DNA of 64,000 bases from Eledone cirrhosa (GCA_964016885.1 OZ024740.1:96100001-96164000), one strand, 5' to 3'; shown: positions 26,721-40,212, counted from the stretch's first letter. The notes: generated by a model not told the origin, from the sequence alone. Translations and numbers: made by a program.

Positions 26721-26773
26721 TGCTACTGTACGTCTGTATACATATATGTATGTACGTATACATACATACTTAC

Positions 26774-26778
<5 letters not shown>
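26236..26778. repeat. Long palindrome whose arms include (TA)n tracts; ~37-bp loop
   Basis: ...acaaactgaacagcctgaatttatgccgtacggtgtta / taacaccgtacggcataaattcaggctgttcagtttgt...; outer parts tacagacgtacagta / tactgtacgtctgta also pair. Confidence 0.9.
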
Positions 26779-26856
<78 letters not shown>

Positions 26857-27756
26857 TATATATATATAGTGTTAGAAGAAGGACACATCTGTAACCAGTA
26901 GTAGACAACTAATAACGGGAAAATGTTTGTCTTGTTTGTTTTCCCTTTTTCGAACGTTCTTTATCAGTAACCACACAGCCTCGCCCCCTATCTCTTTCTC
27001 CCTCTCTCTCTCTTTACCACAAATGTGCATATTACGTAAGTTGGATTGATGATATCGGACCTATTGCATAATCTTGTTCGATTTGTCCAGGTTAGTTGTT
27101 TAACCTGATTAGTTTTTTTCGTTCATATTGTATTACGTGGCTAGGTTTGCCCACCGCAATTTTCAATTTGTCAAGCTGTCAAAAGATGTTATTACTCTAA
27201 GGCCTACAACCATATCGAGTGCTTTGCTGCACATTCTTAACTGTAAGTCGTTAGCTTGGCCACAGCCAAAGCTTCCATTTTACTAAGCTTCCACTTGTAT
27301 TATTATATCCTTGACATAATAATTAATCAATTAATTTAATTAGACAATTCCATCGTTTGGTTAATTATTTATGTTTGTTTAAATACATCTAGTCGAGAGC
27401 TTTTCAAATGGGAAGGTGGAACGGAATTGTTTTCCTTTGTTCACATTTTGAATTTGCCCGCCAAAAACCGGGCGTTACTACCGTTGTTGGAAATAACACG
27501 TGACAGTAGAACACTGAATGCTGCCAACTGTAGCAGTACAGCGTGACACTCCACACCGACTTGAAGCATAGCACGAAAAACCAGGAACTTGTAAATTACG
27601 TAAGTTTGATTGATGATTTCGATTTCATATAAACCTCTCGGACGTATTGCATAATATCGTTTGATTTGTCCAGGTCAGTTGTATAACCTGATTAGTTTTT
27701 TTCGTTGATTTGGTATTGTGTGGCTAGGTTTTCCTGTAGCATTAGGGCAACGAGAA

Positions 27757-30700
27757 ATTATTATTATTATTATTATTCTTTGAGTCTCAGTAATTGATGT
27801 TAGTTAACTGGAAACTTTGTTGAAATGAATATCAAACCACTACCTGCAGCCTCAGATATTTAGGACGTATCGGAGGGTTCTTGCTGTTCCCAGCAAGCAT
27901 GCCTTTTGAAGCGTTCCAAAAGGCGTGGCGAGACCAAATTTATTTAACCATCCCTGGAAACTTTTTGAGATAGTACCAAGTGCGCCTATGACAATCGGGA
28001 CAACTTTGACTTCATGGCAGTTCCAAATCCTTTTTACCTCCCACTTTAAGTCCTGGTATCGGTGAATTTTCTCCCTCTCCTCTTGCACTCTCGTGTCGAA
28101 TGGGCAGGCCACATCCACAATCAGGCACGATCATTTTTCCTTGTCCAATACCTCCAGGTCAGGTATATTGTGTTCCAGTTTCTTGTCCGTCTGTATCCTA
28201 AAATCCCAGAGCACCTTCACCTGATCGTTTCCTATCACCGACTCTGGCTTATGCTCATACCACTTCTCAGAATGTGGTAAATTGTTTAATTTGCATAGAT
28301 GCCATGGATTACCCTGCCCATCACATCATGTATCCAGCCCTTATAGTGAGTCTGGGCTAGGTGTTTACACTCGGATACAATGTGAGCCACAGTCTCCTCT
28401 CTCTCTCCACATATCCTGCACAGTGGGCTAGCCTCCTCCTCGTAAATATGGTGTTTCTGCCACTTCGTGTTGAGGGCCTGCTCCTGCGCAGCCATTAACA
28501 TTCCTTCTATAGCCTTTTTAAGTCTCCTCTTTTCCACCAGTTCCATGTCTGCGGATCTCTGAATTCAGTTTTCTCAAAGAAAGTACTATGAAGGGATTTT
28601 TCTTGAAGGCTGCCCTTTCTCCTTGTTGTTATTTTCTCCTTGGACATTCCCTGGTCTATTGTCCTCTCCTTCAGTACAATTCTGAGCATTGGTTCCTTAC
28701 TATCAGTGACATATTTGTGTAGGTTGTTTTTTCTCCATCTGAACACAGTCCTCGATGCTGATAAGGCCTCTTCCACCTTCAGATCTCCTTAAGTAGAGTC
28801 TATCGACATTATTCCTCTTGTGGTACATGTTGTAGATAGTCAATAGCTTCCTAGTCTTCCTATCCATTTCTTTTTGTTCAGCAACATTCCATCTCAGAAT
28901 TCCCGCACTGTACCTAATAATAGACACAGCTCGGGAATTTACTGCACTCATGGTATTCATACTGTTCAGATGTGATTTTAACACGTTCCTTACTCTCCAA
29001 ATGTATTCAGATCTTATCAATTCCTTAATTTTTGTTTTGTTCTTGATGTCATCAGCCTCCAGAACACCCAAATACTTGTATACTTCTTCAGTGTCATTTT
29101 CCTTTATCATCTCACCTGTTGGTATCTGGATTCCGTTGCTTCTGCTCAATTTACCCCTCTTCATCACAAGGACTCCACACTTACTAATACCAAATTGCAT
29201 ACATATATCATTGCTGAAAATACGGACAGTGTCAACAAGCACATCCAACTCCTTCTCACTCTTCCCGAAGAGCTTAAGATCGTCCATGAAGAGGAGGTGA
29301 TTGATGGTAAGCTCTCCCTTTCCCAACTTGTATCCTGCTCTCACTTTTTGCAGTATAATGTTCATGAGCATCAGGCAAGGAAAACAACAGAGGAGACAGA
29401 CTATCTCCCTGGAAGATACCTCTCTTGATCTTCACGCCTCTCAAGGACTCTCCAGCTGATGTTAACTCTGTTTTCCAGGACTTCATACTTTTGCCCAACA
29501 ACTGTCTGATGTTATCTGCCACCTTGAAGATCTCTAGGCTTTTGGTAATCCAAGAATGAGGCACCATGTCAAATGCCTTTTTGTAATCTATCCATCCCAT
29601 GGCTAGTCCAGTGTGTCTCCTCTTGCAATTCCTCATTCACATCTTATTAATAAGAAACAGGTCCTTTGTACCACGGGACTTCTTTCGGCATCCTTTCTGT
29701 TCGTCCGGTAACAAGTTGTTTGTGTGGAGGTGATGGTAGATTTGCTCAGACATAATGCTTGTCAACAGTTTCCACATTACGGACAGACATGTGATAGGTC
29801 TATAGTTGGTACCATCATTACCCTTGATTCGGTCTTTCATTGCTAGAACTGGTACCTTTTGTCAACCTCTCTGGTACTTCACCTGACATCAAGCAGTCAT
29901 TGAACATGGTTGTCAGTTTCGGGTGGAGGTATGTTATATTTTTAATCAAATACCCTTGCACATCATCTGGGCCTGGTGATTTCCAGTTGGTTAGTTTCTT
30001 GGCCTGCCCCTTAAGAGTTTCAACTGTGATACTCAAATCAGTTTGTTGGTGTGCCTGTTCACTAATCTCCTTTTGTACTCTCTCAATCCACACTGCCTGG
30101 TCATTATATTTAACATCCTCCTCCCATATTCCTCTCCAGAATGTCTCAGTTTGTTCCGCCCCAGGGATCAAGTCGTTGCCTCTTTCTTTTCCTTCGAGTT
30201 GTCCAAACAGCATCTTCTGGTTGTTGTCAAGCATGCGCTTCTGACTATACTGACTGACTCTGCTCTCGCATCACCTAATTTGTGCACTCTTTGCTACAAT
30301 GCGTTGCTTCAGTTCCTCTATGATCATATTTAGCTTTTTTCCTCCTAGTTTTGTACTTTATTTCCAGTCTATTTTTAATGTCTATGTTTTTTAGTGTCCC
30401 ATTCAGTAGTGACTCAAGCTTTCCAATGTCATTTCTCATTTCCCTGATTTGACCATTCAGTCGTTTCTTCCACCAAGATTCTGATCTTTCTTGTTTGTTG
30501 TTTCCTCTTGCTTTTATACCAAGTAATTTCCTCACCGCATTTTCTGTTGCTTTGAGGATATTGTTGCCGTGCTGACGGTTCCTCGCCTCAAGGTATGGGA
30601 TGACTTTGTTTACCTTAGCTGTTGTTTCTTTTAACTCTTTCATGTCTACATATTTTAGGTTCATAGCTTTCCCACTATCATTGTTCAATTCATCTACCAC

Positions 30701-31560
30701 TAAGTTAAGGATGTCAACCAAGTAATTTCCTCACCGTATGTGCTGTTGCTTTGAGGATATTGTTGGACTGGTGAAAGCTCCTCGCCTCAAGGTATGGGAT
30801 GACTTTGTTTACCTTAGCTGTTGTTTCTTTTAACTTTTTCCTGTCTACAAATCTTAGGTTCATAGGTTTCCCACTATCATTCTTCATTTCATCTACCACT
30901 AAGTTTAGGATATCCACCAAATCTTGACCTAGCCCGTCAGCCTTCATCTCCTCAATGGCCGTATCTTTGTTCCAGTTATTATTTATTTCAACATTCAGAT
31001 CATTGTCTGCTTCGGATGGTTCCTCCGTTCTCTCAACCTCTTCACCTTCATTTCACACTGGCTCGTTTGCTTGGCATACTCCACTCTCCATTATCAACCT
31101 AATCTATGTGCTCAGTTCCTCCAATTCCAGCTCTCTTATCCACCCATTAGTTCTTATTACCCGAGCCTGCCCGGCCAATTTTTGTTCATCTAATTTAGAT
31201 AGACCAATCTAGTTCCAGATGTTGTGGATCCGTTTCCTATAGCCTTTCTCCTTGGGGTTACTCTTCAGGTAACATTGTATAACAGTTCTATTGAATTCTT
31301 TCGTCCAGTTGGTTCTGGTCCCTTTCCTTCTTCTTCCTCCGACACTAGCAGTATTTGTTTGACAGCCAGGTCCCTGCTGCTGAGCCAGGGAGCACCTGCT
31401 GGGTGAGAGTCTGTCACATGACATTCCAGTCTCCACTTCACCGTTATTCGAACTGTTTATGTTCGACATTTAAACACTCTTATCGAGGATTGGTGTATGT
31501 ATGGTTACATTGCCACCGGTGATTTCATCACCCCCGGTGATTTTAGTGTGGCACTATCAC
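27757..31560 (-). mobile_element. Near full-length R4/Dong-like non-LTR retrotransposon (RT, CCHC, RLE) with (AAT)n tail; frameshifted
   Basis: WKSPGPDDV, NYRPITCL, WIDYKKAFDMVPHSW, GIFQGDSLSPLLF, HLLFMDDLKL, CRICGEREETVAHIVSEC, DVACPFD...KIHRYQDLKWEVKRIW; (tta)n at 27757-27778. Confidence 0.92.
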
Positions 31561-32488
31561 GCTGTAGACGAATATAAATAAACAAACAAACAAATAGGCA
31601 AAAAAAAAAAAAAAGAATAAGCATTATTTTCTGTGTAATGTAATGTTTGAATGTATTACTTTTTTTTCCCCTTTTTCTTTCTCTGTCTGTCTGTCTGTTT
31701 GTTTATCTTTTCATTTTTTTTTTATTTACGTTTTTCGTTTTTGCTGTGATGTTTTGATTTTGATTTTTATTGTTTTGATTTTTTGACCGGGTCATCATAT
31801 CAGTCTATTTATATTTTTTGATGCCTTCCTCTAAGAGTGGGGGCACTACGATGCATGTCTTAGCAGGTGGTAGTGGGCGAGAATAGCGGCGGTAGTGATA
31901 ATGAGGCAGTGGTGGTGGTGGTGGTGGTTGTGCTGTGCTAGTAGTACTTAGCAGGAGGTAGCGGGAGAGAATAGCGGCGGCAGCGATAATGAGGAAGTGG
32001 TGGTGGTGATGTGATCGTAGTACTGTAGGGATGGTGTTGAAGTTGAAGTAAAAATATAAGTTGAGGTAACTTGACTAGAGTTTTTGGCGTGGTAGTAGTG
32101 ATGGTGGCGGTGGTGGTGTTGGTGGTGAAATGATTTGCTTGTCTGTCCACTTACCCATTTAGCTATTTAGCCATTTTGCCATTTTCCTCTTTTTCGACTA
32201 TAACATTTGTGATCCGAAATTAAATATTAAATATTTGGGCCCTATGCCGTAAAGACATGCGTTATGGCTTGCTGAGCGTAAACAACTGTAATCTTATAAT
32301 TCATTTGTAATAAGAATTATTCTATCACAGTTGTTTTAAATAAGTAAAAATCAAAAACTTACGGGAGCGACTCCATAACGATATATATCCACCATCTGCG
32401 TTTTCTTCCATTTATTTTTTCTTCCCTTTATTATTATTATTACTATTTGTATTATTATTATTACTATATATATATATATACATATACG

Positions 32489-32594
<106 letters not shown>

Positions 32595-33396
32595 TGTGTG
32601 CGTGTGTGTGTTTGTGTGTGTCTGTGTATAGATATAATTTGTCACACAGAAAACAGATTTAAAATAATAAAATAATTTCAAGGAAATCATAGTATAACTT
32701 AGTATTTTTGTTAAGGCCTCACAATTTAAATATAACAGCAACAGTGAAAAAAATAACATCAATATCTAGAAGATGTAACAGATGTAAAGAGAGAATGAAA
32801 GTATTGAAAGAGAAAATAAGAAAAGAATGTAGTCAAAATAAACGCCATCGTAAAATAATGAAAGGTTAATGGAATACAATAAAGAAAATAAATGTTTTGC
32901 GTTTATGAATATGGATTTAAGAAAATCTAGAAGATACAGGAAGTTTGGTTCATAGTAATGACTCAGTTTCAATCACAAATATGTCAAACTATAAAATTAT
33001 TTCTTGTTGAAGTTCCAAATTTGTGGGAAAATCAATTCTGAGATTCTTGTCTTTTTTTTCACAAATTTTTCATTATTTGATGTTTGATTCATAGAAAATC
33101 TACCATTGCTTCTTTTCCCAAACCTGCAACATGGACTCGTTGTACGTGCATACACATAATGCAATCGATAACATTATATGATAACATTATATAGTGAATG
33201 ATGCTCTATGTTAAAAGATATAACATTGAAAAACGCTGAAGACGTTCTCTTCTCAAGTTCCCAGGTTTAATAAAAGTAGGTGGTATCTTGGTTAAATGAT
33301 ATTATCCATAGATAGGTTGGTCCAGCCATTCTACGTTTATTTGTGTAGATCGAACATGTTGGAAACACATCGAAAGTACTTTAATTATAAAATAAT

Positions 33397-33584
33397 TGTT
33401 TCTACTTTTGGCACAAGGCCAGCAATACCCAGTACATTACTGGTACTTTATTTTATCGACCACGTAAGGATGAAAGGAAAAGTTGACGTCGGCGGGATTT
33501 GAACTCAGAATGGAAAGGGCCGTAACTCTATGCGTCAAATCATGACGTCCGACCCTCTACCGATACTGCCAATCCACCGCTCTT
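33397..33584 (-). mobile_element. SINE (family of 22186) with 12-bp TSD
   Basis: Reverse complement of the 22186 SINE; ttataaaataat at 33385-33396 and 33585-33596. Confidence 0.88.
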
Positions 33585-34889
33585 TTATAAAATAATATCG
33601 CCGCATTGCTATAAACTGTCATCCTAAATCACACCGGAATAATATGTTGAACACACGTGTTCATTAAATTTGGAAGTCGTGTATGGAAAATCCTCTATAC
33701 AATTGGTAGCATATATCTGTATATTAGTGTATTCAATTGAAATGCACGACAGCATGCTTAACAGTTTGAGGTAGTTTTCAAAATCGTAAAATTATAAGTT
33801 ACAACAGATGTTTCGCTGGAAAACCTTTAGAGATTTGCCGAACAGTTAATGGTAATAGCGTAAAATTTACAATGCTGTAAGCAAATTAGCTTGCAGCTAC
33901 ATGACAGATTCATAAATAGATACAATGAAGCCAACAGCTACTTAGAGTAATACCGTTTGAAGTATTTGCCAAATCTATTTATCTAATTACGCATCACAGA
34001 GGAAATTGCACACCCCTGTCGAGGTTGTTTAGTAATTCTGTTCTATAAATTCAAACGTCATTTCTTTAGCTTTTACTATAGGAAAATAATGTTTCAACAA
34101 GCATGGCATGATGTTATCTACGTATTTGTACACGTATAAGATTTAGATATACATCATATAATAAAGCTTGCAATTTTGTTTAACACACTTTAAAACACAA
34201 TTTTAAACCAGAAATAATATAATAAAACTATCGTAATTAACAATAAGTATTTCAATAAACAGAGATACAGTCATTGAAAAGTTATTTTGTGTCGATATTT
34301 GCTAATCAATGCAGAAATGTGTCACTACAATTGTTTTTCACAAGAGTTCACATTACATATTTGATAGAATTGAATCAGTTAATATTATATAGGAAATACG
34401 ATTGATGATCTTTAAGAGTAGTTGGTTTATGCATGGTTGATAGTGATAATAAGTTCGTCATCGATTCTGTGCTATACTCATTCCTATTTAGAGACGTCAA
34501 TGCATCAATCTACCTCTAGCCGAAACTTTTCTGCCGTTGTGAACAGAATAATATATCAGCTGTGTATTCGTGTATATGTCTGTGTGTGCGTGACAGTGAA
34601 TGTGTGGCCGTTTTTTTATGTATATATGTATGTGTATGTTTTTGTGAGTGTGTGTTAAGTAATTCACTTTGCAACCCTAATTTTCGTGCATATAGTCTTA
34701 GGTTTGTCTCATTCCGACAGCCTTAGAAGCAGGTTATACAAGCGAGTGGAATTTGGTTATTGTTAGAATATCATTATTTATATATATATACACTTGTGTA
34801 TATGTACACCCCTGTTACATGTACACACACTCATATACAAACATTCATACACCTATATTCCCATATACACACACACATATACACACACT

Positions 34890-34921
<32 letters not shown>

Positions 34922-35439
34922 CATATATATACACATTTAGATTTATATATATATATATATACATACATACACACATACATATACACGCATATACATATAT
35001 ACACACACACACATACATAAACATATATACATACATATACACATATATATACACAAATATTCACACACATACATATACACGCATATACATATATACACAC
35101 ATGCACATACATAAACATATATACATACATATACACATATATATACACAAATATTCACACACATAAATATATTTCCATATCATACATAGATGTATATGTT
35201 TACTCATGCTATTACGGGTGGTTGTATATCTTGCTGCCTTTAGTTATTAACGCATAAATCTAAGGAAGCTAAAACATTAAAAGGTAAAAATAAGCATGAA
35301 AGCATATAATTAGGGGAAATAGGTATAAATAAATGTTATTCTATACGGAATTATAGTGAGTTGCTGTTTAGAATATTTAATTTGGTTCATAGTATTGAAA
35401 TGTTTGTCATATACGGTGATTACAGACTATGATCAAATC

Positions 35440-36100
35440 CTGTCATTTATTTAATAAATCGTCCTTAGATTTAGTAATTTACAAGATCTCTCCTGAACAT
35501 AATCTGCATTCCCTCCTGTTCCCAAGATATGGAGTTTTTTTGTAGAATGGTGTTCCACGATAGCTTGAAATCTATTTTTTTCTTTTTATCATATTTATAA
35601 TTAGTTACCGCTTCAGCTAAAGATATGGTGTTTGCTAGTTTAGTATTGTTGAAACTACTAAAGAGTGCGTTAAATCTTTTCTTAAATGTTTTTGATGTAG
35701 ATCCTATATATGTTTTGTTGGAGTCTGTAGTAGACACAGTGCATTACATTATTAATCAAACAGTCTCCATTTAAGGGGCAAATGCTTCTATTTCTGCAAT
35801 TACAGCCATACGTAAGATGGATTTGGGGGGTGCCTATACTATTCTCATTTATGCTTGAGCTATTCCTCTTGTAATTAATGATAGCAGGAGAATGAAGTTT
35901 GCTTTGTGGGTGGTTTGGTGCTAGAATTGTATTGTAATGTTGTGTTCTGTTGTTTTTGTGTTGGTGATTTGGGTGGTTGTGTTTTCTAGCTTGAAGGATT
36001 ATATTATTTGTCTTTTTAAAAGGTGCAGTCCTACTTAAATTATGTTGCGGTGGTTTAGTCACATTATGTTTAAGTTATAAATGTTGTAGTTGCTTATTTT
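35440..36100 (-). pseudogene. PLE 3' fragment (CNC/CPL linker + GIY-YIG), YRDD-type family
   Basis: CNCRNRSICPLNGDCLINN and TYIGSTSKTFKKRFN in adjacent minus-strand ORFs. Confidence 0.85.
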
Positions 36101-36768
36101 TTGTTTGTGATTGCTTGTAAGAGAAGTTAACATATATATTTATGTGTGTGTGTGTGTGTATACGTATATGTATATATGGAGGTATAGATGTGTATGTTTG
36201 GAAATAGATATGTATGGATATGGGTATATATATCATTATATGCATGCGTGTGGATGTGTATTTAGGTTTGTATCTATTTCTACGTATGTATATTTTGGTT
36301 AGATATCAATATAACTGCACCTCTCTCTATATATAGTGTGGATATATGCACTTTTAGACTATAACATTTATGTGTTTTAACTATGTCTGAGTTGATTGTT
36401 TATGCATAAACATACTTAGTAATATTTTACAGCGTATAATATGTTATATTACACTAAGTGCAATTTAGCACACCATTCTATAGTGTGTTGGTTAAGTTGT
36501 ATAGTATCGCATTACTATATCTCATTATCTTATTATAATTTTCATCTTTTAATATACTATCTTTCCTAGCCATAACATTAATTTATATTCACCTTAAAAC
36601 TCAATACAACACAACTCACCATCTATTTTGACATTCCTTTTAAATTCACTATACAAGATACATTTAACTATCATTACCTCAAATAATGTGTATTACCTTT
36701 CATCTTAACATCATATGAACAAAACAATTTGATTCGTTAGTTCTTCATGCACTGGAATATATATATAT

Positions 36769-37342
36769 GTAAATATCTATAAGTCGTTTGGAAGCCTCGA
36801 CAATGCAAATGTGTAAATCTCCGGGTAACAAGGTCCGGTGGTGGAGAGAGAGATGTAAGTGGGTGTACGTTGAGATGCGTGGTGTGTATAAGATGTGTGA
36901 GATGTGTAGAATCGAGGGAAGAATAAAAGGATAAAAATAAAATAACAACACAAGAGAGAGTGTTACCATGGGAGAGATTTAATATTCCCTATATATTTCG
37001 GATTCACATCCATCAACTGGGGCTTTTTTCCGGTGTGGGGGAAAAGGTTGTCTGTCGGACAAGTCCGGAAGGCGTCTTTCGCTGTTTGCTGACTTGAATA
37101 TCTGAGGTATTAGGCAGAGCGCGCCTGCGCGTGAAATGGGGTCGGTCGTACAAAGGTCAGCGGCCGAATGAGGGAGTGGGATTGCGCTAGCTGTCAGTCC
37201 ATTCTCTGCCTGTTTGTTAGATGTTACTGTGTGTGTGTGTGCGTGTGTTGTTGTCTCGCTTGAGTGTGTGTTTGTGTGTATGTGTTGTTGCCTTGTTCAT
37301 ATGTATTGTCAGTGTAGTATGTTCGTATGGTGGAATGCTACA

Positions 37343-37382
<40 letters not shown>

Positions 37383-38928
37383 TTGTCTCGTTTGCGTGTG
37401 TGTCTGCGTGTGTTGTGTGTTGTTGCATCGCGTGTTAACTTAAACCAGCCATTTCATTTCGCTTCTCTCTAATCGGTTGTTTATTTGCTGTTGCAGGCGT
37501 TTGATAAAAAGTGCTTCCTTGATACGTAACGTGCCGACGTTTCTTTCAGTCGCTAGAATTGTGACAATGGGCCTTCCGTCTTTGTTTCCGCATTTGTCTA
37601 TGTGTTTCCGGAAAGACGAGGCCCTGGTTTTAGTGTGTTCCTTGATCCGGATGTGCAAATCTCGAATTGTGCTACCTATGTAGTATTGGTTGCACCTGTC
37701 ACATTCTATCTCATACACGACGTATGTGCGTAGGCAACAGTTAGAATGGCGTATCGGGCAGTCTCTGAGGGAGCATGCGTCAATAGATTTTTCGGGTTTC
37801 CTGGAGAGGCATCTTCGCAGGGAGGGGCCCGAGTGGGCCAGGTGTATGTCGAGGCCCTCCCTCCGTATAGCCTTGCGGATAGCGTTGGTGGTTTTCTCGC
37901 CCAGGTGTGGCATTTTAAGGAAGCACTTGCCTTGGGTGCTTCTCTGTCTCGTGCGTCTGGTGTCTCCTATTCTGTCTGTGATCGAGGTAGGGTACCCGTT
38001 CGTCTCCAGCAACTCGAGGAATCGCTTGGTATGAGTGACACCACTCGCGGGATCGCTGCATCTGTTTTTGATTCGCGCGATCTCGTTCGTGATGTATCCT
38101 CTTTTGGCACTGTTAGAGAGGGCGGACTTGTAGTGAACCAATAGGTCCCTGCAGGCTGCCTTTCTGTAGAAGTTGCAGTGGATACCTCCTTGTTCCGTGA
38201 TGTTGCTTCGGAAGTCAAGAAGGGCAAGTGACCCGTCTTCGTTGGGGTGTTCAACACTGAAATCAATGTTCTCGTCCGTGTTGTTGAACGTCTCATAGAT
38301 TCTGTTCGCCGTGTCTTGGGAAGATGTGAGGATGAGGATATCATCCACGTATCTTGAGAAAAAGGCTACGGCGTTGGGGTTACAGGCGTTGAGTGCCTTG
38401 CGTTCGAGGTTGTCCATGTAGGAGATCGCTAGCACACCTGATAGACTTGATCCCATGGGCAATCCCGAGGTTTGTTGGTATATTTGGTCAAGGAATCCGA
38501 AGTAGGTGTTGTCGACGACGATGGATAGGAGTTGGTGGATGTCAGTTGTGGTGGGCCCGAAGCAGTGTAGGTCGGTGAATTGGACGAATACCTCAGATAT
38601 TCAAATCAGCAAACAGCGAAAGACGCCTTCCGGAATTGTCCGACAGACAACCTTTTCCCCCACCACGGAAAAAAACCCAGCTGATGCATGTGAATCCGAA
38701 ATATATAGGGACTATTAAATCTCTCCCATGGTAACACTCTCTCTTGTGTTGTTATTTTATTTTTATCCTTTTACTCTTCCCTCCATTCTACACATCTCAC
38801 ACATCTTATACACACCACGCATCTCAACGTACACCCACTTACATCTCTCTCTCCACCACCGGACCTTGTTACCCGGAGATTTACCCATTTGCATTGTCGA
38901 GGCTTTCAAACGACTTATAGATATTTAC
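36769..38928 (-). mobile_element. 5'-truncated YVDD-type PLE with ~342-bp inverted pseudo-LTRs (36769-37111 / 38587-38928)
   Basis: Arms are reverse complements (mirrored ORFs 36745..36969 and 38728..39027); degenerate HHR-like motif at 38676-38710 and its mirror. Confidence 0.92.
37440..38462 (-). CDS. PLE RT C-terminal half + GIY-YIG endonuclease (open 340 aa, 5'-truncated)
   Basis: PMGSSLSGVLA, FFSRYVDDIL, SLALLDF, VVYEIECDRCNQYYIGSTIRDLHIRIKEH, LRIKEALFIK. Confidence 0.9.
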   Translation of the reverse strand: MPMGSSLSGVLAISYMDNLERKALNACNPNAVAFFSRYVDDILILTSSQDTANRIYETFNNTDENIDFSVEHPNEDGSLALLDFRSNITEQGGIHCNFYRKAACRDLLVHYKSALSNSAKRGYITNEIARIKNRCSDPASGVTHTKRFLELLETNGYPTSITDRIGDTRRTRQRSTQGKCFLKMPHLGEKTTNAIRKAIRREGLDIHLAHSGPSLRRCLSRKPEKSIDACSLRDCPIRHSNCCLRTYVVYEIECDRCNQYYIGSTIRDLHIRIKEHTKTRASSFRKHIDKCGNKDGRPIVTILATERNVGTLRIKEALFIKRLQQQINNRLERSEMKWLV

Positions 38929-38967
38929 TTATTGTTCCACAATGCTTCAAGCAAACTTCAATACTCT

Positions 38968-39006
<39 letters not shown>

Positions 39007-39007
<1 letters not shown>

Positions 39008-40181
39008 CATATATAATCAAGGTTTAGCAAATAAGAAAAAGTTTCAAAATTAATTTTTAAAAATTAATTGTACTCACTATGGTTACTTTTACCATACGGC
39101 CAACCATTGCATAGATAAACTCTCGTCAGAAGGATCTTTTCACTCGGAGATTATACAATTCCCGAGTTCAAATTACGATCTGGCGCTATTCAAAATTGTT
39201 TCCGAGATGAGAATAAATGATGTGGAATCAATTCCATCCAGTGCCGTGTGTAAAGATAGAAGCAAAGGCAGGGAGGTCAGTCTACTACCACTGTAACTAG
39301 CAGCAGTCAGAACGACCAGATTTTTTCTTGACCAAGAGGAGAATAATAATGAAGTATATATCCCTACACGCAAAACGTCTAGGGACACATGTATTGTCCA
39401 ACCATACGCCAATGTGATTTAATGGCAGGTTAATAAATTAACGAGCAAGAACATATATAATCATGCTTTAGCAAATAAGAAAAAGTTTCAAAATAAATTT
39501 AAAAACATTAACTGTACTCACTATGGTTACCTTTACCGAATCAGTTTCGAAGCTAAAAAAAAAATGGACAGACCTTACGGCCATCCATTGCAAAGATAAA
39601 CTCTCGTCAGAAGGATCTTTTCACTCGGAGAATATAACATTTTCGAGTTCAAATTACGAACTGGCGCTATTCTAAATTGTTCCCGAGATGAGAATAAATG
39701 ATGTGGAATCAATTCCGTCCAGTGCCGTGTGTAAAGATAGAAGCAAAGGCAGGGAGGTCAGTCTACTACCACTGTAACTAGCAGCAGTCAGAACGACCAG
39801 ATTTTTTCTCGACCAAGAGGAGTATAATAATAAAGTATATATCCCTACACGCAAAGCGTCTAGGGACACATGTATTGTCCAACCATATGCCAATGTGATT
39901 CAATGGCAGGTTAATAAATTAACGAGCCAGAACATATATAATCAAGGTTTAGCAAATAAGAAAAATATTTGAGGCTCGAAACCGATTCGGTAAAGGTAAC
40001 CATAGTGAGTACAGTTAATTTTTAAAGATTTATTTCGAAACTTTTTCTTATTTGCTAAACCTTGATTATATATGTTCTGGCTTGTTAATTTACTAACCTG
40101 CCATTGAACCATGGTTGGACAATACATATAGTTGGACAATACATGTGTCCCTAGACGCTTTGCGTGTAGGGATATATACTT

Positions 40182-40187
<6 letters not shown>
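39007..40187 (-). mobile_element. Tandem array of a 481-bp non-coding HHR unit (about 2.1 copies) plus inverted partial copy (39973-40187); retrozyme-like
   Basis: acatatataatca at 39007, 39451, 39932; tctcgtcaga at 39121 and 39602 (481-bp period); unit 1 is 37 bp shorter, losing the GAAA half of the HHR. Confidence 0.85.
39530..39614 (-). ncRNA. Type I hammerhead ribozyme motif in tandem unit
   Basis: Minus strand: cctt-CTGACGA-gagtt...atggatggcc gtaa ggtctgtccat...agcttc-GAAA-ctgattcgg-TA-aagg; inverted copy shows GAAA-ccgattcgg-TA-aagg. Confidence 0.8.

Positions 40188-40212
<25 letters not shown>

Noticed and set aside
31500-31560. HDV-like ribozyme at the 5' end of the R4-like LINE
   Set aside because: A hairpin and short repeats are present but the nested double pseudoknot could not be assembled by eye.
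39007-39965. Possible CRISPR-like or satellite array
   Set aside because: Only two long units, no short repeat-unique spacer pattern, eukaryotic context.
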